A stretch of 64,000 nucleotides of DNA from the human T2T-CHM13v2.0 reference genome, Homo sapiens, in the NCBI RefSeq assembly GCF_009914755.1, contig NC_060937.1. One strand, written 5' to 3'. Numbering within the stretch: position 1 is the first letter of the stretch; each line of letters opens with the position of its first letter. The notes under the pieces were generated by a model. The model worked only from the letters and a program-made list of their open reading frames with translations, had not been told where the DNA came from and did not search any database. Positions 35,298-52,659 of this stretch are shown piece after piece. A program made the translations under genes and the position numbers.

Positions 35298-36429
35298 AAT
35301 TAAAGAAGAAACCAGATAGAAGGTTATTATAGAAGCCCAAGCCAGCATATATGTGGGCTAGTGTGAAGACAGCGGGGATAGGGAAAAGTGGGGAGCATGT
35401 AGCTGTATTTTGGGAGCCAAGTAAGTAGAGTTTAGTGATTGAATGGATGTGGATGGTGAGGCAGATGGAGGGAAAGATGATGTCTGGGCTCCTGCCATGT
35501 ATCTGAGTGGACTTCCATCAAAACAGGAAGCATGGAAAGAGAAGCAGCTTCTGGGAAGTGAGACTAGGTGAAGAAAAAGAGATCTGTTTGGAATATGCTT
35601 ATTACAGGCAGAGCTGTGGAACAAGATAACTGAATATATGGTTCTGGAGCTCAGAAGAAAAGATGAACTAGAGATACGGATTTGGGAGACATCAACATTA
35701 ACCACGCTTGAATGCAGTGGCACAGAGAGAAGGAGAAATATAGAGAAAGAAGATGGCCAAAGCAGGAGCTAGAGGGTCAGAAACGTTCAAGGGAAGAGAA
35801 GATTGACTAGAAGGCAGAATAGATGTTGGAGATGGAGCAGAATCAGAGAAGAAGGAGGAAAGCCAGGAGAGTTGATTCCTAGCACCAGACAGATGCAGGG
35901 CTCACCTACAAAATTATACAGTTGTTTTATACACGTAGTTTGTAACATACTGTGCTTTGGGATCATATGATGTGCACTTTTATAATGTGTGCTGTTATAC
36001 TTAACAAGCTTAAAACTAAAATTTAAAAATAGGCCAGGCGCGGTGGCTCATGCCTGTAATTCCAGCACTTTGGAAGGCTGAGGAGGGCAGATTACTTGAG
36101 CTAGGGAGTTGGAGACCAGCCTGGGCAACATGGCGAAACCCCATCTCCACCAAAAATACAAAAAAATTAGCCGGGCGTGGTGGTGTGCACCTGTGGTCCC
36201 AGGTTCTCAGGAGGCTGAGGTGGAAGGATCACTTGAGCTCAGGAGGTGGAAGCTGAAGTGAGCTGAGATCGCCTCGCTGTACTCCAGTGACATGACAGAG
36301 TGAGACTCTGTCTCAATTAAAAAAACAAAAAATTGCACTCTATTACTGATTCCAAGAAGCTATTTTATCTTATTTCATCTCTGACTTTTAAAAAACACAA
36401 AAAGTCTTCATTTAAAAATTACCACTTGA

Positions 36430-39150
<2,721 letters not shown>

Positions 39151-40443
39151 TGTGAGATTTTGTCTTTCATGAAGACTGGGCAACAAGAATATGTGATGAT
39201 CAGGGAAAACCAGCATGTATTTAGTCTGTTTGAAAGTTTTATTTTGGCTGGGCACAGTGGCAAAGGCCTGTAATCCCAGCACTTTGGGAGGCTGAGGTGG
39301 GCGGATCATGAGGTCAAGAGTTCGAGACCAGCCTGACGAACGCTGTGAAACACTGTCTCTACTAAAAATACAAAAAAAAAAAAAAAAAAATTAGCCGGGC
39401 GTGGTGGCGTGTGCCTGTAATCCCAGATACTCAAGAGTTTGAGGCAGGAGAATTGCTTGAACCTGGGAGTCGGAGGTTGCAGTAAGCTGAGACCGCGTCA
39501 CTGCACTCCAGCCTGGACGACAGAGCGAGACTCCGTCTCAAAAAAAAAGAAAAGAAAAGTTTTATTTTATTTACTCCTGGGGCTAGAGTGCAGTGGTGTG
39601 ATCTTGGCTCACTGCAACCTCTGCCTCTTGGGTTCAAATGATTCTTGTGCCTCAGCCTCCCAAGTAGCTGGGATTACAGCATGCGCCACCATGCCCTAGT
39701 AATTTTTGTATTTTTAGTAGAGACAGATTTCACCATGTTGGCCAGGTTGGTCTCGACTCCTGCTCTGAAGTGATCCACCCACCTCGGCCTCCCAAAGTGC
39801 TGGGATTACAGACATGAGCCACCGCCTGGCCAAAAGTTGTATTTTGTAACTGTAAATTAATATATCAGTATTATGGCTTTTATATTTTTGATTCTTGATG
39901 GTTTGGTTTATATGATTCGGTACTTGAACCCAACCACATCAAGGTGTAGTAGCAATTGGATATCCAAACTTCTAAAGAAGAGAACTAGACCTGAGATACA
40001 GTGGCTCTCTGACAGGTAATCTTTCCAAGATCTATGGGCTAGACACCTGATCTTCCTCTGGCAAACCTTCCATTTCCCTGGACCACTTTCAGTCTCTAAC
40101 AGTGAGCAGATATCTAGATTTAGCTGTCTCAAAAGTTTGATTTCTGACCTAGTGTTGTGTAGCATTCAGTGCTTATTTAAAAGAATAAAAAGGCATGGAG
40201 TTTTCCAGAAGACTAAAATGAAGTTCTTACACATATACAACTCAAAATAGCCAGGGGTTCTGACATTGAAATCTGAAATCTTGATACCACTCTTTATATT
40301 GCCCCTTCTTATCTTTCACTTTGTCCTCTTGAGAGTGCCCCCAGTGTATTATTGAAGATGGTTGGATGTATTGAAGTGGATACTAGTTTTATAATGCCAA
40401 AACTGTCCAGCAAGTAAGCTAATTGCAATATAACTTCTTTTAG

Positions 40444-40725
<282 letters not shown>

Positions 40726-41003
40726 TGATCCGCCTGCCTCAGCCTCCCAAAGTGCTGGGATTACAGGTGTGAGCCACCGCGCCCAGCCTGCCTAACTTTC
40801 TTTAGTATGTATGACCCAAACCTACAGAAAAGAAAATTCATGTAAACTCCATAAACTCCCTGTAGGGTATCTACCATTACAAAATAAACTCTGACTTTTA
40901 AAAACTATATACATGGTTGATGCATTGGCTCAGATAAATCTTGTTAATTGAACTAATGATGAGTGTTCTATGATAACCTAACCTAGTTTAATAAACCCTT
41001 CTG

Positions 41004-41310
41004 GCTAAGCATGGTGACATGCACCTGTAGTCCCAGCTACTTGGGAGGTTGAGGCAGGAGGATCGCTTGAGTCCAGGAGTTCTGGGCTGTAGTGCACTAT
41101 GCTGATTGGGTGTCTGCACTAAGTTAGGCATCAATATGGTGATCTTGCAAGAGCAGGAGACCACCAGGTTGCCTAAGGAGGAGTGAACTGGCCCAGCACG
41201 GAAATGGAGCAAGTCAAACCTCCCATGCTGATCAGTAGTGGAATCACACCTGTGAATAGCCACTGCACTCCAGCCTAGGCAACACGAGACCCTGTCTCTT
41301 AAAAAAAAAT
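41004..41310 (+). pseudogene. Full-length 7SL (SRP RNA) processed pseudogene
   Basis: The Alu domain is interrupted by the 7SL S domain (gttctgggctgtagtgcactatgc...accaccaggttgcctaaggagg...ggaaa...ctgatcagtagtgg...gtgaatagccactgcactccagcc), followed by an A tail. It carries many substitutions. Confidence 0.95.
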
Positions 41311-42883
41311 AATTTAAAACAATTAGGCTCAGCGTGATAGCTCATACATGTGATCCCAGTACTTTGGGAAGCTGAGACAGTAGTTTGAGACCAGCCTGGG
41401 CAACATAGTGAGACCCTGTCTCTACCAAAAAAAAAAACCAACAAAGTTAGCTGACTATGGTGGGCTGCACCTGTAGTTCCAGTTATTTGGGAGGCTGAGG
41501 TGAGAGGATCCCCTGAGTCCAGGAGTTCAAGCCTGCAGTGAGCTACGATTGTGCTACTGCACTACAGCCTGGGCAACAGAGTGAGATTCTGTCTCTAAAA
41601 AAATTTTTTTAATTAATTTAAAAAAATTTCTAAAAAATTCTTCTTAGTTCCTGCCCCTAAAATGTGAGTGGAGGGATGGGGGTGGGCAAGTACGTGATTT
41701 GGGGTCTTTTTCAGAGCAAGTCTCAATTTTAGAAAACTATTACCATTTTGCTAATTTAACATGACATTTAAGCAATAGGCAACTAAGAGAAAAAGAGGAA
41801 ATGTTTAGGCTGTAACAGAGCTTTTCAGAGTTTGTTCTGCAGCAATTACCTTTCAAAACTCCTTTAACAACTTGGACAGAAAACCTGACTAAATTCATGC
41901 GTGCTCGTGGAAAGGTGGAGAAACTAGCGGGAACAATGTGTTGGGAGTGGAGGTGTGTGTCACATTGCTTTGTTTTTCCCCCTAGCTTTTATTGGTTTAA
42001 ACAGATTTGGGTTTCCATTCTAATTCTCCACCATGTTCATAAAAGAGAAAAACATATAGTGTGAGAGAAATGTGATTTATAGTAACATCTTTATTTCATG
42101 ATTAAAAACACTGTGTGTGTTTGGTTGTCTGGTAGAATATGCACATCAGAAACAACCTGTAGTTCTGGAAGCCTCTGGGTTGCTATAACAACCAGACAAA
42201 ACAGTTTAATAACAGCTCTACCGCAAAGCTGGAAAACTGACAAAAAGATGAGAGCTATAAATGCAGGTGTTTGTCATATAAATGTGAACAAGTACCAAAC
42301 ACATTTATTTCTTCAACAAATATTCATTGAGTGCCAATGCCGCACCTGGTCCTATTGCTAGGAACTTCGAAAAAGATAAATATGGTCCATGCCATGACGG
42401 CATATACATTCTTCTTTTTTGGTGACAACAGGTGCACACCACATGCCTGGCTAATTTTTGGATTTTTAGTAGATACAGGGTTTTGCCATGTTGTCCAGGC
42501 TGGTCTCGAACTCCTGGACTCAAGCCATCCAATGCCTTGGCCTCCCAAAGTGCTGGGATTTACAGGCATGAGCCACTGCACCCAGCCTCATATATATTCT
42601 AATGGAGGAGACACATAATAAAGAATGAACAGATCGATAAACTGAATGCTTGCAGCATGAGAAGAGCCCTACCATAAAGCAAGCAATGCGATCATGATAC
42701 CAAACAAGTACTAACTAGTGTAAAATATGGAGAAGACTCCGGTCATAGCATATATGAAAAATCTTGTCTTCACCGTGACTCACACCTGTAATCCCAGCAC
42801 TTTGGGAGGTAGAGGCAAGTGGACCACCTGAGGTCAGGAGTTGGAGACCAGCCTGGCCATGATGGGAAACACCATCTCTACTA

Positions 42884-43042
<159 letters not shown>

Positions 43043-43709
43043 TCAAAAAAAATAATTGTTTTTAAGTTTTTACTTTTAAGTTAAAAACTTTTAAGTGTAA
43101 ATTAAAACTTTTAAGTTTAAACTAAACTGAACTGGGACTACAGGTGCGCACCACACACCTACTTTTTGTATTTTTGTATTTTTAGTTGAGACAGGGTTTC
43201 ACCATGTTGGTCAGGCTGGTCTCGAACTCCTGACCTCAGGTGATCCGCCTGCCTCAGCCTCCCAAAGTGCCAGGATTACAGGCGTGAGCCACCGTGCCTA
43301 GCCTTTTTTTTTTTTCTTTTGAATAGAGATAAGGTCTCACTATGTTGCCCAGGCTGAGACTCCCTAGTTCTTTAAATAAGTTCCTTATATAAAAGTCCAC
43401 TCTGTTATGTGGATCCTAATCTACAAAGTCATCTGAGACCCAGGCATTTCTGTCTTCCTGTTCTGCTATCCTTACTTAGGGTGTTGCCCTGACCAACATG
43501 GTCCAAGGTGGTTCATCCTCATGTCCACCCACATCCCAGCCATCGAGAAAGAAAGGGAAGGGGAGGGCACTACTGTCCCTGTAAGAGAAGTTGGGCATAT
43601 TGCTTCGGGTCGCATGAAATTGGCCAGATCTTAACTACATGGCCACATCTAGCTGCAGGGATGCCTGGGAGAGGTAGTCTCTATTCTGGATCAACATGTA
43701 TCTAGTTAG

Positions 43710-43970
<261 letters not shown>

Positions 43971-44662
43971 TAGCCAGGCTGGTCTTGAACTCCTGACCTC
44001 ATAATCTGCCTGCCTTGGCCTCCCAAAGTGCTGGAATTACAGGCGTGAGCCACCGCACCCGGCCAAAAACTGGAAATTTCTTAGAGCTAACTAGGCTATC
44101 TAGCAACATTACAGCATTTTCTGTGCCTGAATCATCTTTGCAGTGCTGTGTGAATGTAATCTACTTATTTCCCCCTTTGTTGAAGTTCAAACCATTAGCC
44201 ACAATAGTTTATTCAGAACTTAGTTTCTTGCCCATTTCTTGTACTAATTTCAGGTAAATTGTGCTTTAGTCAATATATACATATGGTGTCATTTTTTTTT
44301 GGTTTGTGAAAACTTCAAAACAGCTTTCAGAAAACATTTTGGATAACTACTTCTGTCAAGTACGTGACTCCATTCTATATTTCATTTCTACTTATCTCCG
44401 ATAAACTTAAAGGTCCTGGGCGCAGTGGCTCATGTCTGTAATCCCAGCAGTTTGGGAGGCAGAGGCGGGTGAATGGCTTGAGCCCAGGATTTTGAGACCA
44501 ACCTGGGCATCTGAAATCTTAATGCAGACTTGGGATGCAGCTGTGGAAGACCTTACATGGTTAAAAGAGACCAACCTGGCCGACATGGTGAAACACCGTC
44601 TCTACTAAAAGTACAAAAATTAGCTGGGTGTAGTGGCAGGTGCCTATAATCCCAGCTACTCA

Positions 44663-44881
<219 letters not shown>

Positions 44882-45052
44882 TTATTATTTCAACAAAAAA
44901 TTTAAAAAATTAGCTGGTAATGGTGGTGTGTGCCTGTAGTCCTAGCTACTCAGGAGGCTAAGGTGGGAGGATGGCTTGAGTCCAGGAGTTCAAGTTTACA
45001 GTGAGCTATGATTGTGCCACTGCACTCCAGCCTAGGCAAAATAATACGACTC

Positions 45053-45724
<672 letters not shown>

Positions 45725-46318
45725 GACCCTATCTCTATTTAAAAACAAAACAAATCAGGTTATTTAGAATAATAAAAGGGGTGTTGAAATTTTTAAGCAG
45801 GTATGGCAAAAGAGATCCTATTACAAGTGCTCTTACCTTGGGTCTGATGAGCTTCAGAAATGTGAAACATCCTTGATATTATAAATTATGTGCCTTTTGC
45901 TTGGGAATGGATCAAAAGCTTTCCTCAGATTCTCAACAAGATATAAAAATTGAAAAATAAATCCCTGCTCAATTAAAAATGATGAAAAAGAGCTATTACA
46001 ACTTAATTTCAATCTTTAATCCATATTTAGACAAGTTAGTGGCTAAATTTGTTTCTATTTTATCCTTTTGAAAACTCTAATACTACCTATCGTTTGCATT
46101 TAAAAGAATTTGCAATAATTTGGGTTCTCAGCTTTTCAGACTACAGGGACAAAAATACAAAAGATAATTAATGTCATTCTAAATCTTACAGATGGTAGTC
46201 CGACAAATGACATTATATTAAGCATTTGCTAAAATATGTGTGGCTTAATTGGAAAATTAGACAGTTACATTTTCTTGTCGTGAAGAGATTTCAGCACTGC
46301 TAGTTGTATCATTCACTG

Positions 46319-46628
46319 CAGTGATCCCCAACCTTTTTGGCACCAGGGACCAGTTTCCACGACTAGGGGTAAGGGGATAGTTTCAGGATGAAACTGTCCC
46401 ACCTCAGATCATCAAGCATTAATTAGATTCTCATTAGGAACATGTAACATAGATCCCTTGCACACGCAGTTCACAATAGAGTTTACACTCCTATGAGAAC
46501 CTAGTGCCACTGCTGATCTAATAGGAGGCAGAGCTAATGCTTGCTTGCCTGCAGCTCACTGTGTGAGCCCAGTTCCAAACAGGCCACAGACTGGTACAGG
46601 TCTGCAGCCTGGGGGCTGGGGACTCCTG
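46319..46628 (+). mobile_element. MER1 (hAT-Charlie) DNA transposon
   Basis: TIRs cagtgatcccca / tggggactcctg; 8-bp TSD ATTCACTG / ATTAACTG. Confidence 0.88.
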
Positions 46629-46689
46629 ATTAACTGCACACGCAAAAGTTTTATACATTTAGTGGAATCACTGAAGTAAAAAGTCAGGA

Positions 46690-49610
<2,921 letters not shown>

Positions 49611-51635
49611 TCACTGAGGCGCTACACGCACCCAAAAATCATCATCAGAAAGAGAACTTGAACTTCCTGACTCAGAGTCTGGCTCACTGAATCCACCTAA
49701 GTCCCATTCAGTGCTAGACTCACTTGGTATTTCTTCTTCTTCAGTGAGGAAACTCTGACCAGGTTCAAGGCAGGAAGGATAAACACGAGCAGAGAGGCAA
49801 AAAAAGTTAGAATCAAACTGCAAGAGGCCTAATGTGGTACCTATATTAATCCATTGGTCTCCCCTAATATCATATTCATACACAGTCACCCGGTTCTTTT
49901 TCCACTGTGGGGTGCGAGAGGTGATGAGCAACAATTTTTGGCCATGCTTGATAATTCTGTAGTTGTTGGTCTCTGAGACCAAGGGAATATTATTCATTTG
50001 CCTCCATTCTGCCCTAACTGGGTTGTAGACCTTCATGACTGGGATATCACAGATACAATAGATCTCCTCATTGAAGACGCAGGCTTCCTGAAAGTCATTG
50101 CGCTTCAGAGAAACGCACTTCAGCCACATATTGTGGCTAGGATCATAACAGAACATGCGCTTACTGTTGAGAGCATAGAGATAGTCTCGAATTACCATTA
50201 GGTCAAAGGATAAAAAAGAATGGGGCAGTGGAGCCACCAATGCCCACTGGTTTCTCTTAACATTGTAGCATTCCACTTCCTTCAACTTAACTCCAGTAAT
50301 AGGGTCTCGCCCCCCCAAAATGTAGATATAGCCATTGAGATATGCCACATCCATGCCCTCACGACACAGCAAGCGATCTGCAAGTTGCTGCCAACTATTC
50401 TGAGCTGGTTTATACACCCAGAGGTCTGTCCTGGGCTGAGCAGCTAGATAGATGTCATGGTCAGGAGAGATACAGACAGCTAGAGTGGTGACAGTCCTAG
50501 TGTGAGCCAGACAGGTCAAAGGTGACGGCACTTTGTAAAGGTCCCCCGAGTATGGATCACAGCAGAGAAAGGGATCTCTGGGGTGTCCAAAGAAGATCAC
50601 CATCTCCTTGGCACACATACCCAGTCTCTGGGGTGGATTTTCTGCTGCAGATACAAGAGAGTTGCTGCTGCTACTGCTGCTGCTGCTGTTTGGCACTGGC
50701 ACCAGAGACTTGTACAACAGGTCACCATAGCGCATCTGCAGGGCCCCTTCAATAACGTCCAGGCAGTACTTCTTCACGATGGGCTTGGTCAGCAGCCCTT
50801 CTAAGTAGTCCTGATCTTCTTCAGTGAAGTGCATCCAGCGCACGCACTTGAAGACTTCTGCAGCACTGGGACCCCGCTCTTTGGGAGCAGCCTCCAGCCA
50901 CTGCACTGCCACATGGCACACTGTCTGCTCACTCTCCACGTCCAGACTATCCAAGCGCAGGACAGCCAGCAGCTGGGCCAGGGTCAGATCTGCTAGAGTC
51001 TCCTCCCGAATTGAACCCATGTGGCTGAGTTGCTTGAAGTTCTGAGCTATATAGGACTGGGCCTGGGATCGCAGCTTGCGATGGCCAAAGGCATCTGCAA
51101 ACTTGAGGATGGCGGTGCAGTTGGTCAGGTCAAGACGTCGGGCTAAGAAGGAGGCACAGGCTTCCCGCACATATTCCAGCTGTAGCATGTCGGAGGCCGC
51201 GTACAGGCGCTCCACGTTGGCCTCACTGAGAGACACACGACCCGTGTAGCAGTAGTCGACCAACACCTCGAAGGACTCGGCGTCCACATCGTGCATGGTC
51301 ACGCTGGCCTGCTGGCTCTCGTACATGCCACCTGTGAACATGCTCTTGAAGTAGGGACATGCCGCGGCCAGCACATTGCGGTTGCAGGGGAACAGGCGAC
51401 CCGTGCCAGGCCCGCTGCCAGGCGTCACCACCTCGATGGTCACATCACACAGCAGCCGCGCATCGTAGAAGGACTTGAGCTGTGCCAGCAGGGCTGCAGA
51501 ATGGGCCGTGTCCTTTAATTCCTCTGGACCCGTGAAAAAGGCCGAAACTGTGGGTTTGTGAATCTTCTTGGGCCGCTTCCCACCACGGGGACTGGCTAGG
51601 CGGCGAGAGCGCGGGGCGTCTTCCCGGGACTGCAT
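49611..51635 (-). CDS. KBTBD6: Kelch repeat and BTB domain-containing protein 6, CUL3 substrate adaptor, 674 aa, intronless CDS
   Basis: ATG at 51635 in ccaccATGc context (MQSREDAPRSRRLASP). BTB (CDVTIEV...CNRNVLAAACPYFKSMFT), BACK, Kelch repeats (YIYILGGRD) and C-terminal DDDFWVRVAPQ. The ORF-track start at 51773 is a TTG. Confidence 0.96.
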   Translation of the reverse strand: MQSREDAPRSRRLASPRGGKRPKKIHKPTVSAFFTGPEELKDTAHSAALLAQLKSFYDARLLCDVTIEVVTPGSGPGTGRLFPCNRNVLAAACPYFKSMFTGGMYESQQASVTMHDVDAESFEVLVDYCYTGRVSLSEANVERLYAASDMLQLEYVREACASFLARRLDLTNCTAILKFADAFGHRKLRSQAQSYIAQNFKQLSHMGSIREETLADLTLAQLLAVLRLDSLDVESEQTVCHVAVQWLEAAPKERGPSAAEVFKCVRWMHFTEEDQDYLEGLLTKPIVKKYCLDVIEGALQMRYGDLLYKSLVPVPNSSSSSSSSNSLVSAAENPPQRLGMCAKEMVIFFGHPRDPFLCCDPYSGDLYKVPSPLTCLAHTRTVTTLAVCISPDHDIYLAAQPRTDLWVYKPAQNSWQQLADRLLCREGMDVAYLNGYIYILGGRDPITGVKLKEVECYNVKRNQWALVAPLPHSFLSFDLMVIRDYLYALNSKRMFCYDPSHNMWLKCVSLKRNDFQEACVFNEEIYCICDIPVMKVYNPVRAEWRQMNNIPLVSETNNYRIIKHGQKLLLITSRTPQWKKNRVTVYEYDIRGDQWINIGTTLGLLQFDSNFFCLSARVYPSCLEPGQSFLTEEEEIPSESSTEWDLGGFSEPDSESGSSSSLSDDDFWVRVAPQ

Positions 51636-52120
51636 GGTGGAGATGGCGACGGGCGCTGATGGCGAGAAACGCTGCAGGACCCGGCTCTGGCTCCTCCTCA
51701 ACCTTCCCTCGCTGACGCTAAGATAGCAGCGTCTCCGAAGAGACAGCAGCACGAGCCCATTTACTGAATTCAACCCTACCCCGCAGAGCCGCCTCCCGTT
51801 ATCGTTTAGACAGTGGCTGACTCACCCTCTCTCACTCCCGCGTCCTTTCTCCGCGTCTGCTCGCCTTCACAGGACCCGCTGGCTTGGAGCCGCAGAAGCC
51901 GCTACTGCAGCGTGGGCGACAATGCTAGGCGCCCAGGAGAACTACCGCTCCCAGGTTGCCTTTCGCGCCCCGAGGGCTGCTGGGACTCTCGGACTCCCGG
52001 GCCGAGACCGAGGGAAAGAATCCGCTTTGCATGTCGGGAGTAGTAGTTTGTGTAATATCGCGATCCTTCTCTGGTGTTCCTTGTTTTAGCTGACGACACT
52101 CGAGAGCGCCAATTTTCCTA
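50850..52120. promoter_or_regulatory. CpG island / KBTBD6 promoter and 5' region
   Basis: Sharp rise in GC and CpG content over the 5' CDS and leader, against CpG-depleted flanks. Confidence 0.88.
51941..52047. promoter_or_regulatory. Two ZNF143/SBS-type motifs in opposite orientation
   Basis: + ACTACCGCTCCCAGGTTGC (51941-51959) and - ACTACTACTCCCGACATGC (52047-52029), compared with consensus ACTACAATTCCCAGAATGC. Confidence 0.7.
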
Positions 52121-52659
52121 GATTCGATTTTGTGGTTTGGAACTGTGGTTTTGGAATCCAGAGTAGTCGCCTCGTTCTAGTATGTATTGTTTGACTTGTC
52201 TCTTTGAACTGTTTCTTCTTTTGTAAGACGTGAACAGTAGTATTTCATAGGATTGTGTGAAGATTACATGAGTTGGTTATAGGACGCTGTTAATAAATAT
52301 TTGTTGGTTTGTAGAATAATTACTCAGTTCTTAGAATTATAAAGGTTCGATAAGTTTTCTTCCAGCCTTTATTAAAAAAAAAAAAAGGAAGCACCACTAA
52401 TTTGAAATTATGAGCCTGTAGGAAAACAAAAAACCCCCCAAAACAGAAAACCTTGCAAGTTCCAGCAGAGATCCCTTTTTAGGGGCGTGTGTGTGTGTGT
52501 GTGTAAATTAGATTTTATTTTTAGGTTTACGGAAAAATTGAGCAGCAGGGACAGGGAACTTCCATATATCTCTCCCCACTTCACAGTTCCCTTATTATTA
52601 ACATCTTGTATTAGTGTATGTATCCATTAGAAGTGATTTTTTTTTTTTTTTTTTTTTTT

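Noticed and set aside
51636-51773. 720-aa form as the main KBTBD6 protein
   Set aside because: It starts at TTG; the good-context ATG is at 51635. Kept only as a hypothesis under findings.
52057-52064. ATCGCGAT as a BANP/ZBTB33 motif
   Set aside because: Only the core TCGCGA matches; the flanks differ from TCTCGCGAGA.
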